DNA from: Balanoglossus misakiensis
Lineage: Eukaryota; Animalia; Hemichordata
Length of the DNA: 64,000 nucleotides
Reading direction: 5' to 3'
NCBI GenBank assembly: GCA_040954595.2
Contig: CM082589.2
Location: forward strand, 8,940,894-9,004,893
The first letter of the stretch is position 1. Each line of letters opens with the position of its first letter. The position numbers and the translations under genes were made by a program. The notes under the pieces were generated by a model. That model was not told where the DNA came from, made no database searches, and saw only the letters and a list, made by a program, of their open reading frames with translations. Shown piece by piece: positions 12,735-25,613 of this stretch.

Positions 12735-14807
12735 TAAGGTCTGGAAAAGAGTATACAGATTAAGATGCAAAGTGGGTAAACTATTTTCTCGCGACTGACT
12801 GCAATACTTCACTTGCAGATTTCTCGCTGGACCTGTTGCGATGAAGATTGTGTTCTTGCATGCTTGAACAGCGAGAAAGTGTCCGGGACTCCGTTCCTCG
12901 CCATTTTCTCACACAATGCTGTTACTAGTGCAATCTGTACACAAATGAACCATGTGACCATTTGGAACAAATTAACTTCATTAATTAGTTGACACACTCT
13001 CTTTGCGATGACGACCATCTTGCCCGCAGACTTTGCGAGCTGTACGTTCGCGAACGAGGCTGGTAGGCGTAACTTCTTTGCAAAATTAGATACATGAGAT
13101 GAGGGCACCTCGTGCTGACCTCAGGAGGGGACTCAGTCTGTGTAGGACTTCGGACGCTGTTACAGTCTTAGGGTTTATCGCTATACAGTCATCAGTAAAG
13201 ACCTCTCCGTTTGCATGATGATTGTCGCTAGCAGTGTTGGTAGACTCAATTTTGGTATTGTGTCGAAGAATCACCACAGGCCGCACCGAAAATCAACTTG
13301 CGAAAATCTCTTTTTTTGAGACACGTCGTACTCTGGGCACTGTTCACTCAGATCAGTACATGTCCTCTAGTGTTAATGTCGCATTTAGTCTATCAGAACA
13401 GTTATTGAACAGCAGTAGGACAAACCTCCAAATTTAGCGACTGCCTACAATATGTCTGCGCATGCTCAGACCCTGTATTTGCATATAGTGACGTCCCTGG
13501 CATGGAAATGCGGAAGTATTTGTCGAAGTTCGCTCTTGGATGTTATCGGCCTGTTATTGACGTTATGTACATCGACTTTCGGGTATTTTCGGTTTGACTT
13601 GTACGTCACACCCTCCCTTCCAGCATGGCGTAAAACATTTCAGTCGAATTTCATGAAAATCGATGTCCGTGTGACTATTTGCCCGCCATGATTCGAATCG
13701 ACATAACAAGCAATAGAACGTACCAGTTTAAAAACAATCGATCTGAACCTTCTATACCTAGTTTAAGTCAATTGACCTGTTGTTTCATGTTCCATATACA
13801 GTGTTGAACGAAACAATGTCTTCAAACAGCAGATTATCTAATGGGGGACAATGGGGGGCGGTTTTTGCGAATGGTTTGCTCACTTCCGGTGCGCTAGATT
13901 TGTCAAAGCGCGTTTTCACGTGTACGGGTATAGGTACATGCATGTACATATTTCAATTGAACTTGTTTTTCAATGTTTTGAAAGGATCGGGTAGGTGACT
14001 CTGCTTTCTGAACCGTGCCTCTTTCTTCCCCAACAGGTCCAACTACACGTGGTCCTAGTGGCCAAGTTATCAACGTGATTTTTGAAAACCTGATATGGTA
14101 ATTTATTCCTACAGTTTTCCTAAGTTTGGAGTGATCAACAACTTTGGTTACCTCCTCAAGTGAGATGTCATGATATAAAACAGTACTATGATGGTAGCCT
14201 TCTGTCAACTGCATTTCTAGTTTCATTTCATGTTAGTAATGTGTGGTTCAGTTGCTATTTACATTACACAAAGACTATGAAGCCCTTTCTGAATTCCATT
14301 GTTCTCAATAAATTACACAAACACATGATGTACAGAAATGAATATATTTAAATCTTTATTTCTTAAAACCTGGCAACAAACAAACAAATAAGTGTGTATA
14401 AACATGAATAAATATTTCAACTTTTAATAAAAAATATGGTCTCTTGATTCATTTTTGATCAGCCCCCTTCCCCCATCATTGATTCTACTCATGTAAATGT
14501 GTTTGTTTGCATAATTTAGACGGCGTCGCTTGTTCACTAAATATTCTATCAGAACAGTTATTGAACAGAGCTAGGGACGGGATGATATTCCATTAGCATT
14601 CACTAGGGGATATCCATGTGTACAGTCATGACAGTCATTGAACAGAGCTACATGGTAGAACATTTTATCATCGTTATTGTACTGAAACAGGAGTGGGAAT
14701 GACATGTTATTCTCTGTCATAGAAAAGAGCTATGGGTCAGCATAACATTGTATGGGGAGAGGCAACATATTTTTTGTCACTATGTCAGTCATAGTTCAAC
14801 TACTACT

Positions 14808-15513
14808 AAATAACAAGACAATGTTTGGAAGCAACTATGGATATTTTAGAACAAACAGCCGATCTACAGAGTCTACCGGAAAACTTTCTTATTCGCTCGG
14901 GCAGTGTGTTCTACGCATGACAACTAAATATGCAAATAACGAGACGGCGTTTGGAAGCAACCATGGATATTTTAGAACAACCGTCGATCTAGCTACAGCG
15001 TATACCGGAAAACGTTCTTATTCGTGTTCTACGCATCACAACTGATGCAAATAACAAGACAGCGTTTGGAAGCGACCATGGGTATTTTAGAACATGGGTA
15101 TTTTAGAACAAACAGTCGATCTACAGAGTCTACCGGAAAAATTTCTTATTCGCTCGGGCCAATGTGGTCTACGCATCACAACGGAATATGCAAACAACGT
15201 GACGGCGTTTGGAAGCAACCATGGATATTTTATAACAAACAGTCGATCTACAGAGTCTACCGGAAAACTTTCTTATTCGCTCGGGCCAGTGTGTTCTACA
15301 CATCACAACTGAATATGCAAATAACAAGACAGCGTTTGGAAGCATCCATGGATATTTTAGAACAAACCGTCGATCTACAGAGTCTACCGGAAAACTTTCT
15401 TATTCGCTCGGACCTGTGTGTTCTACGCATCACAACTGAATATGCAAATAACGAGACGGCGTTTGGCAGCAGCCATGGATATTTTAGAACAAACCGTCGA
15501 TCTACAGAGTCTA
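14808..15513 (+). repeat. ~127 bp tandem repeat, ~5.5 copies (copy 2 at ~48290-48991)
   Basis: Unit AAATAAC.AGAC..CGTTTGGAAGCAACCATGGATATTTTAGAACAAA..GTCGATCTACAGAGTCTACCGGAAAA... Confidence 0.9.
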
Positions 15514-15514
15514 C

Positions 15515-15700
15515 AGGCCGATTTACACGAGGCAACTCGGCAGACAACTCGGCAGGCAACTCGAGTTGCTCGTTGAGTTGCCTCGTGTGTATGATGTAGT
15601 CGCGTCGCTGGAACGTGTCTGGCGACGTCGCCTCGAAATCCGTCGTGTCAGATTTTCGGGCGACGAGTAGCGTGACGCGCAAGCGATTGCCCTGTGATAC
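15515..15700 (+). mobile_element. CpG-rich transposon end fragment (Harbinger-like GGCCGATTTACACG terminus)
   Basis: Starts GGCCGATTTACACGAGGCAACTC and has an internal inverted GAGTTGCCTCGTGT. No partner end was found. Confidence 0.4.
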
Positions 15701-18663
15701 CTCAATACATGTTGACATCTGCACATGCGAAAATGGTAATAATTTGTTATTTTACGAACCAGAAACTAGCTGTAGACTCCGGAAAATATTGGGTTGATAA
15801 GTATTTGCTATGAAATAGGACAATTGTATAATATTGTAATAGTTTAATTTTTCAATATAAACTCAAGTTTTTGTGAAATAACATTTCAATTAATTTTCTT
15901 TCCTGTGACGGTACGGAAATAAACTACTGTTAATTTCCGTGAAAATGGTTATGACGATTGGCACTTCAATTGGAACGTACTTGGTCCAGCTTGCCAATTC
16001 AACAATATCAGATTTTTTTTTTTTCGTGAGGTTCATTGTGTTTGTTTGTTTTATATATTTTTTTTTTTGGGGGGGGGGGGTGCCGTAACCATATATTATA
16101 ACCAAATTTCAGAGTAAACGTCAGATTATAATTATTGTCCAAAGTTCAATAGTTTTGCACAACCTCGAGTCTCCAATGTAGGCTACGTCGTAGAACCCGC
16201 TTTTTGGGTAAAAGTTATTTCTTTGTCTGTGACGACATCATGCATACTCTGGCTCAGCAATCTCGAAAAATGTTGCACCAAAACTTAATATAGCTTTTCA
16301 CAGAATCATTGAAAGATTGTGGTTACCTTATGCGGGTACGTTTGTTCAAGTAGACTTGACACCAAATCTTCTCTGTCACTGGAACTCTTTTGACCCCTAT
16401 GAAACCTATATTTAAATACTCACTTTCTTTCTTCCGTATGGTATCAATAAACAAGAAAGACAAACAAAACTTTCACGAGAGAATAGATTTTGTATTTGCA
16501 ATGACGGCAGTACCGAAAACGAGAACCATTTCCTTTTGCAATGTAAATTTAATAACGTTTTAAATTATCTCCCACCCCGGTACTCCACAAACCCGAATCT
16601 AGATAAATTTGGAATTGTGCCGTATTTATTTCCTCATCACAGACTCCCTCTCCAAGCGTACATCATGAACATTTTAGGCAGAAATAATTGGGCCACATCA
16701 ATTACTATACATTTTGTTTTCATATAGGTTGGGCTATGTCTGGGTGGTGCAAGAAGCTGGAAATAAAAATTCAAGTTGATTTTTATTTGGTTCTATTAAC
16801 TTTTTTCTCTGTAAAATCTGAGTAAACGATTGACAGAGAATGTTACTGTAAGTCTATTTTCTGATATGAAGCGGTGGCCTTGAAAAATAGGCCTAATAAA
16901 GCATTGTTGTTATATGCGGCTAGTCTGGCCGTTGGAAATCAGGCTTGCTCAGCGTGGCTGGTGTAACCTTCCCACAGGTTACAAAAAGTACAGAGTGTAA
17001 TAATGTCATACACGAGTAGGAGCGCTTTTTCTTCCTCTCTGGGGCTTGGGCCTGGAAGTAAAATCTGAACACTCCATTAGCCCTACGGAACGTTTCAATC
17101 AATTTGCTCGTTCCACTCAGTTTATGTCGAAATGGAAATACTATTCTTAAAATACACTTTCCTCTAACGTGTTTCACCATCTAACAACGGGAACGATGGC
17201 GAATTTTGTTTCTTCATAACGAGAGTGATGGAACTCTTCGATGATTTGTTTCTATCGGGCCGATGGGCCGATTCCCGGAAGACACGTCACCACAAGAGGG
17301 CGCACTATGCAAGCTACTCGGGAAAGCTCTGAAAGAATGCATGAAAACCAAAAGAATTTGTCCGCTCAATTCAATACAACGCAGTAAATACGTGACCCAT
17401 CACCTCTTTGTTTTAAAGCAGATGTGTGTTTACGCATGTAAGTACATTCAATGACAATGGTGTTTGAGGGAAAATTTGACAAAATAAGTAAATTGTATTT
17501 ATTTCTATATTTCTAGAAAATTATGAAAACATTTTGGTAACATGTACATAATAATCATCTTATTCGAAGGCACACAAGCAATGAACAACACGTTGTCCCC
17601 TCGTTTATATACTTCAAACTTTTCACTTTTAGTAATTTTGCTTAGTGTATCTGCTGTTTCTAATTCCAGAAAGTGTGTGGCGTAGGAATTTTATTTATTT
17701 TTCCCCCCTATAAGTCAGTTTTATAGTTTTATCAATATAGTCACATGAATACTGTTCATGCAGTCACTGATCACGCGCCCCTAAGTGTCCAGTGTTTTAT
17801 AGATATAGCTGAAACAGTGCGAGTTTGCCGTTGCCGTCACCAAAAACCAGAAAAAAGGGGCGACGCGCTGTTATTCAAGTGACGCGGGCGCTGACCAGAA
17901 GCATTTCATTTTTTTGCCTTATCAGATGATTTTGTCTCTTATTTCTTTTTTGGATAATATTGTCTAAGTTGTCTAAGGCAGAGCGTGCCAGAAGCATGCA
18001 CAACATATGTTATTTGACAAAGTGTGGCGCTTTGAAAGGCATATCATTGATGTCAGTGCATCCATGCAAATTTGATTGTTTATATGCATGGTTGTATAAC
18101 AGTGGTGACATGGTAAAGAATTTGACCAATCAAAAATAACCTTACGAGAGAGTGCTGCATAACTTCGCAATCTTGGAAGGCTGTTCCTGATTGGTGAGGT
18201 TTTTTGACAGCTCAATCTGCATGCTACCAACAACTGCGTTCAGTTTGTTTCACCTGTTGTTTTATCCTTTACACCTCCTTACGATGTCATTTTCACTTCT
18301 GTCTATTTAGCATATCGCTCAAGGTATTTGCATAACAATAAAACCTTGTCGTTGACGTTCAGTTCGTTTATCGTTCTCCCTTCTGTCCACACGCCTTCAT
18401 ATTCGATCCGCAAACATTCCCTAGCTTTAGATTTTTTCTCGATTTATTAGTTCTTAGTTTAGTTTTATTGCATTTCCCAGTTCATTATCATATTTCATAG
18501 TTTAGATCAGTATTAGTTTGATATAGAATTTTTTTTCATTCAGTTATCGTTTACAGTCGCATTTCTTTCAAATTTCTTAGTCATTTAGTTAGATAGATTA
18601 GTTTATTATATTAGTTCCGTTTATTATTATATTTTTAGTTAGTATATTTTCTTATTTCAGATT

Positions 18664-18827
18664 AGTTTTAGTATTAGTATTTTTAGTTGGTTAGTAAGTT
18701 AGTTAGATAGTTAGTTACTTAGTAGTTAGTTAGTAAGTTAGTAAGATAGTTAGTTGCTTAGTAGTAAGTTAGTTAGTAAGTTAGTTAGATACTTAGTTAG
18801 TTAGTTAGTTAGTTAGTTTCTTAGTTA
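18664..18827. repeat. Degenerate (TTAG)n microsatellite (copy 2 ~52146-52309)
   Basis: Runs of TTAG/GTTAG/TAAG at the end of a T-rich tract. Confidence 0.85.
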
Positions 18828-19952
18828 TAGTTTCAATATTAGTTTTTGTTCGGATTTGTTGCTGTCCCTGGGCCAAAAGATTGAAGTAAGTATAATATAT
18901 ATTGTTAATGATTTTTCCTTGTGTTTGCGCGCAACTTCCCTTAGGTAGCTGCCAGGGCCCTGTATTATATGTTCTGGTTCGCATTGTGCATGACATATCC
19001 GTCTTGTAACAAGAGAATCCATAAGCAAGTAGGTTGTATAGAAAGAACGGCAGGGCCGGTTTTCGTTGCAACAATTTGCTCTGTTTTCTGCTTGAGTCAG
19101 GCCTACGTGTTGGAATAATGGCAGACGGACGTATTCGACATTGAGTGCAGCAATGCCAAAACAATACATGGTTCAAAGCAGCAAGTCGGACCAATTGATA
19201 TCATAAGAATGTCAACATTTACATGAAGCCTATAGGCCCACCAGGGCCTCTTTAATTGACTATCTCCATACAGTAGAACTAATTACATGGTCTAAACATT
19301 AGCGTCGAATGAAATAGAAAGTAAACCAAGTATTGAGGCACACCGTACACCATGAATAGATCCACGTGGAGGACGGCAGCCAACCGAGTATAAATTACAA
19401 TCTGTACAAACGCTTTCAATTTGTCTTTTCCCATAGGATTGCTAGAAAACCCGCGTCTGCTATTGTCATTTTCATGAACGTTTAGGTCTACCCATAACTC
19501 AGTCAAATGAATTAAAATTGAATGGTAGAAAACAATTGAATAGCCAACGCGCTCAATTTCGAGGATAAACTCCGTTGAATATGTTCACCCAAGGGGAAAA
19601 CGGAAAATTGTTGCCTCGGTAGTTTTTATTTTTATTATGATCGACTAATCTCACGGCCTTGAATTTCAAAACCAAGCACGTTTTAACCCCCTGCAATTTA
19701 TTAGCGATCGAAAAAATGCTTACAAAGGAGTGTAAACAACCAGCAACTTGTAAAGAGAAGTGACAAGACTTTCAATTTTACGAATATTCACGCATTAGTA
19801 TTCTCGCGTACTTGCTCCATGTCTATACAGCATTTGCCACAATTGACAAATGAGCAAACTCCACTTTTCTGCTAACCACCTTTGGAAATATTTATTATTG
19901 GCTTTCGCTGTCCAGCCGCCATTACTTTTATAGTGTCACTATTTACACTTTA

Positions 19953-20808
19953 GGGACCGTTCAGTTTTTACGGCAGGGGGGGGGGGCAAGTTTTGTGTCA
20001 TCAGTTTTCAAAATCAGGCCGACCCCCCCCCCCTTCGTCCAGGACCAAAAAATGATGACCCCCCCTTTGACAGACCCAAAAATATGATGACCCCCCCCCG
20101 AAAACATTCGCCGTCCTGATCCTATGTAGACTGTATGCAATAAAGGGAATGAGGCTCCTCACACCTAAATTATAAATTTCTTAAAGTAATTTAAGTATAT
20201 AATAGTATATTGTTGCAATAAAGAAATCTATGAACAAATTAAAATGACAAGTCAATACAATAGTTGCCAGAATTGGTAAAACAAGAAAAGTGGCGGGGGT
20301 GGGCGTGGGAGGGGGTGTCCCCCTCCCACATAAGAAAATTTTGTAAAATACGGTGCTCAAAGTTGCATTTTTATGAACTCAAAAGCAAATTATCTCAATT
20401 TTTGGGAGGACCAATTTTACTTTTGCCACTCCACTCAAAGTTAGAAGATTTGGCGTCATCCACGTCATGACATCATTTATAAAACTTCTAGTATATAGAA
20501 GATGCAGCGCGAAACTATCAGTTATGCGAAATGGTTTAAACGATTATTCTCCCTTATATATTTGCTTTGTTAAATAATATCATCGGTGGGGTTGGGGGTG
20601 ACAAGCACTCTGCCCTGGTACACTAGACAAACCATTAGAAAATTTTGCAAAATAAAGGGCGCGAAACTGCAATTTTGTGGACTCAAAAGCAAAAGTTCGG
20701 TGGCAAAAGTATGTGACCCCCCCCCCTAAACGTTTAAAAAAAACAGATGACCCCCCCCCCCCTTTAGGACTTCAAAATTTAAGTGACCCCCCCCCCCTGG
20801 ACGGTCCC
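19953..20808 (+). mobile_element. Harbinger-like MITE (GGGACCGTTCAG family), TTA TSD, right TIR partly deleted
   Basis: TTA|GGGACCGTTCAGTTTTTACGGC ... ACGGTCCC|TTA; G/C homopolymer subterminal blocks. Confidence 0.85.
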
Positions 20809-21980
20809 TTAGGGCTATTTTTCACCGTCCACTGAATGATGACGGAGCTCAGCTAGTGCCCTCGAGCGATATGTTTTCCAGTCTTAGAATATCCAAACGA
20901 AAACACACCAAGTTTTCTGCCAGTTGTTTGTATTTTAATTTTCTGGCGTTGAACAAGCCGCAATGACTGTGTCTCGGACTATTTTGCAGACACACATGTT
21001 AAACTAGGTTGTCGGCATTGACAGTCCCATAAATAATATGGTATCGACCAGTGCAGGCCCACGTTCCCGTCCGCAGTTCATTTTCAACTTGAAAATTATT
21101 TTCATAGTACAGTATTATAAGGTTATAACCGGAGCACGCCCTCAACAGGGTTGACCTTTGGCCTGTCACAATAGCACTCGATCGCCATGACTCATGAGAC
21201 TCGAGTGTCGGTGCGTCGACCAGAAGTAATATTTATATTGATTTATTGTGTCTTCAACTTGAGTCATGTCGAGCTGAATCAAGGAGTCATGGTCCAAGCA
21301 ATGATGAGACAGGTAGAATACAGTTTTCAGCCACGATATGATGTGATACACGACTAAACCAAAACGCCTGCAGAATCGTAGCTCGAGGTTTTACCTTGTG
21401 AGTATAATGTAGAATGTGTGTATTGACGGAAACATTAGACGCCGTCCACACACAATTCCACGTAAAAATCCGCATGCATGTGAGTAAAACTCTGTAGTAT
21501 AGGCAGTTACAGCCCTGCGTACAGGTCTGTGTGTTCCAGGCGTTACACGGGGCTAAGGCAGTGAGTAATATGGCGAAGTATGCCCCTGATATTGGCCCTC
21601 CAATAAACATCTCATATTTTTCTATGTTTCTCTGTGTGTTGACCAATAAGGCGGGTACGTTTACACCTTTGGTTATAATCCAGCAACAGGCCTGGTTTGG
21701 CATGCATATGTGCCTGGTGAAATTCCTCCAACACCTCTTCAGGCCCAAAATAAATAATGATAGCTCCCTTAGACAGCTTCAAGTTGTAATTATATATAAC
21801 TGTTGGCCTGTAATTCCTCGACCAGTAAACTAGTACAATTTACTGTCTCAGACTTTAACAGTTTACATCGATAACAATATTCAACTTGCAAATAAGCGTA
21901 TGTGAACACGAGGAAGCACACCTGGTATGATACCAGTTTATTTGAAATAATGACATTTGTTATTTGTCATCCTTTTAGAT

Positions 21981-23435
21981 ATGTGGGATCGGGAATACTA
22001 CTCTCCCAAATATGGTTCAATCAGGCCACAGATTTTGGAGGAAAACTATAAGGTATGTTAATTTTGAAATGCAATTACAACAAATATATTTAGTTTTGGG
22101 TTTAATAATACTGATAAGTTGGTATTTACTATGCATATTTATATATTTGTGAACACAATACTGAAGGCCAAAATAAAAACGTGCTGTTACGATTACCCCA
22201 CCTACCCTTATTTTAACCCCGCCGACCCTACACTTTTTAGAGCTTCGTAAATCTAAAAGTAAAAATAGCGATGTCAAATATACAAAATTTATGAAAAATG
22301 AGAAATAAAAAAATAGCAAAATAAAAAAATATCCCTACCTACCTACCCTATTTTTGAAAACCAAGTAATTGGAACAGCACATTTTTTTTGGGGGGGGGGG
22401 CCTAATTCTGATCATTTGGATTTTTGGTGAGAACTCTTCTTCTGGTAGTAATTCTGTAACAGATTTGACATTTAAGAGGTTGCTTGTTTGAATTTCGCTG
22501 TCTGTATTATGAGCATGCTGTCTTTAAAATTCCATTAGTTTGTCGGGTAAATATATTAATGTGTATACTGGGAGCTGTGATCAGATACCAAATAAGTCAA
22601 TTATCTTTGAATATGTTGGTGATAGTGACAATAGTCATCTATCATGGAAACATGATGCCAATGAATGGTATGGGTGACATGTTGCTAAACCGATGGCTGA
22701 CCAAATCCCATGAGTGGAGGTGACTATAGCTCTTCCAGTTGTAAATGGACAAAATCTCTCTTTTTTGAGCTTTTTTCATGAATTTTGTGAAAAGCTGTTT
22801 CTGAAATACATGTACTGGTTAACTGTAAGACTGAACATTCATGGTGTCTACCAACATATATTTACCGTTGAGTCAACTTTTGTCCATGGAAACTTGACTG
22901 CACAGCCAATGTCTGTCAAAGCTGTGTGGCATATTTCTTCATGTGCCTCTGTTTTTGTTATGCACTGTGAAGGCCAGGGCAACTTTGGGGAAGGGAATTT
23001 GTTGCATCATTAGAGTTGATCAAAATGTTTTAGGGGGAAGGGAACTGCCAATACACACTCTTGAACATTGCTGCAAAGACTTCTCAATCGAAACACACAC
23101 ATAGCAACCAGCAATCAGCCAGCATTTTTCTAAAATGGGCTAAAAACTCATTGCTCCAATGGCCGTCATGCCATGTGATGTGACTTACATGTAGCATGCA
23201 TAAATGGTTTTGTACCATGCACCGCCCTGTTCCCCCCTATCATTGCTTCAAAATATCAGGTTTGAGCATTTAGGACTTTGACAATTGACACTGTGCTGCA
23301 ATTCCTGAAAGCGTCTTTTATAATCCTAAATGATTATTCTTCCTATTTCATTTACAGAGAATTAGGCATAGGCAAAGTGTCCGCAGACATAGAGCAGGAG
23401 CACGAGACGAAAAAGTGAGCGTGTTGCGTTGCATG
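21981..23435 (+). pseudogene. Duplicated, orphaned 5' exons of the host gene (21979-22052, 23358-23435)
   Basis: Same sequence as the exons at 55492-55565 and 56870-56947, with intact AG/GT sites. The downstream exons lie outside the duplicated block. Confidence 0.6.
22166..22402. mobile_element. Short GGCC-ended MITE in the host-gene intron (copy 2 ~55679-55916)
   Basis: GGCCAAAATAAAAACGTGCTGTT ... AACAGCACATTTTTTTTGGG..GGCC|TAA; internal CCTACC repeats. Confidence 0.55.
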
Positions 23436-25613
23436 GTAAGTGATTCACAACAATGGTAGATAGCCTGAAAGTGAATTCTCTTTTCATATCTGTAACCCAG
23501 AAATAGCCAAACACATTTTGTTCACACATGGCACAAGTGACTATGTGCTTTTAAAGCTTCTTTTAAAGCTTCTATATGAATATCCGCTTTTCATCTCTAC
23601 TTGGAGCTTGTCAGATACCAGTAGGCTGATTGTCCTGAAATGTCTGTCATGTTGTATGTTCATACAAGTTCAATCACATGATACAGAAGTTCCATTTGAT
23701 TATTTTCCTTTGCGGACTTCAATATGCATTTAGAATTTACTATGCATAAATTTAACAAAATTGCGTCCAGGCAATTGAAAAACTGTAATAGAACACCACC
23801 GTACCGGTACATTATTACAAAGTTTTATATATTAATGTCATGTTGCCTGAGTGAAAATTGTAACATTTCTGTGTATTTCTGCATTATTCGTATCTTGTAA
23901 GCCTTGCTGAATACAATTTGCAAATTTGCACTTGTGGTGTATGCATCCTTCATTATCTTTGTGTAATTATGGTCAAATATTGTGAAATATGCAGGATTTT
24001 GCATTAACTGAACCACTGATGATAATCGTTATGGAAATGTACCTTTTATTGTACATACTTTATGTAACAAACCATTACTGATGTTTTCTGCCCTGGCAAG
24101 TTTTTAAGCATTGTTCAATCAGATTCTGCAATGATGGAAACAAAATAATATATGCTACATTCTGGCAAATGGGGATATAGCTAATACTAGTATGAATTTT
24201 TGAGTGCCTGAGATGGCTATCTGTAACATGAGTGTACTACATGCAATTAAGTCACACATATAAGGTGGGTCATGGACTTTCAAATACGTGACAGCGCCCT
24301 CTATTGGTTGGATATGTACATGTAGATGTCAAATTCGAACTACAGAGGCTCACGAGAGTGAACAGTTAAAGCAACATAAAGGAAATATTGGGTTTTTAAA
24401 AAACAAACTTTTGGCATTGCAAAAAGACTCAGTATACAAAATCATGTAGTAATGACATGTTCTGCCAGATTTAGCCTGTCATCTGGACCAGATCTTGAAT
24501 GAGAATTAACCTGGAGGTCAGTGAGAGAGGGCTTCCATAATGAGCATTCAGGAACAGATTTTCATTTTATTTGATTGAGCTAGTCATGAAACTTCTGCAA
24601 CCACACATGAAAACAGTAACAATTTTAATGGTATAAGAACATATTTTCATCAAGTTGACCATGAAGTTAGACAAATCAGTAGTTTGATTTTAGAAGAAAA
24701 CACCCATTTTTTTGTTAATTTTAGTTGTTTATGGCACCATTTTCTGGAAATTTTGCGGGGAATTTTTTCTCATTTGTTTTCAAAAAAGGTATGCGAAATG
24801 AAATGAACGTTGGAATTTTTGATACCTCTTAAGAGGAAATGATGTCTGCGAATGGTATGGGCTATTATGTATTCTCTGCGCATGCACAACAGTTTGACAA
24901 TGTTTGAACAATTGTCTTGCAAATGATATCTGCTACCTGTTAATTTTATGTCTACTATTTTCACAGTTGCAGTTTGTGACATGTCGTTGACTAATAGAAT
25001 CTCACACTCCCAAGGACCTGGGATCATATTTCTCACACGAGTTGGGGATTTTCCCTCCCACACCTGCCTGTTGCTCGTGTGGGACAAAATATCGAAGGCC
25101 TCGTGAAACAGTCTGTGTTTTTTTTTGTAAGGGGGGGGGGTGACTTACAGTCCCTCAGGTTACAGACATATGCTCATGGCCAGTCAACATGTTTATATAA
25201 CTGTCAGATTGTGAAATATGTACAACTCAAGTGCTACTCACACATGTATACATGTACCAGTCACAGATAGCCTTCTGCAGTGTACTCTTACACTTGCTAA
25301 ATGTGATGGACTCCAGTAATTTTACACACACAAAAGCACAGGCTTCAGAGAACAGACAATTTGTGGTCAAAAAATGTATTGTTCTAGCACAACTATGTGT
25401 TAGTTGTTATCAGTTGAACCTTTGTCCCCACTACCCAGAAAAGCCTAATGTAAGTAGCTAAATGATTGTTCTGACCTCTTACTCTTAGCCAAGTGTACTT
25501 TCATACAATATTTAAAGGAAAGCGGTCGTCGGACCGAGTTGGTGCCCCCCCCCCCCAATGAGAATATGTCCCCTCATACCAGAGCAAACCCAACTGCAGT
25601 CGGCACGACCTAC

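Larger units (their letters stand above)
10020..12930. mobile_element. CACTA/EnSpm-like non-autonomous element hosting two nested insertions
   Basis: Termini CACTGGTACAGCATT and AATGCTGTTACTAGTG. Subterminal inverted GAGAAAATGGCGAGGAACG and TTTCTCGC motifs. 3 bp TSD CAA at 10017-10019 and 12931-12933. Confidence 0.75.

Noticed and set aside
13388-14570. Direct repeat TCTATCAGAACAGTTATTGAACAG about 1.15 kb apart
   Set aside because: Too short to define an LTR or TSD, and no coding or terminal structure lies between the copies.
14752-15724. Overlapping 70-190 aa ORFs
   Set aside because: They arise from a ~127 bp repeat; the frames differ between the duplicates and no domain is recognisable.
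18664-18827. Interstitial telomere
   Set aside because: The unit is TTAG, not TTAGG or TTAGGG, and it is degenerate.
21287-21748. 153 aa minus-strand ORF, preserved in both copies
   Set aside because: Non-ATG start and no motif; conservation only reflects the recent duplication.
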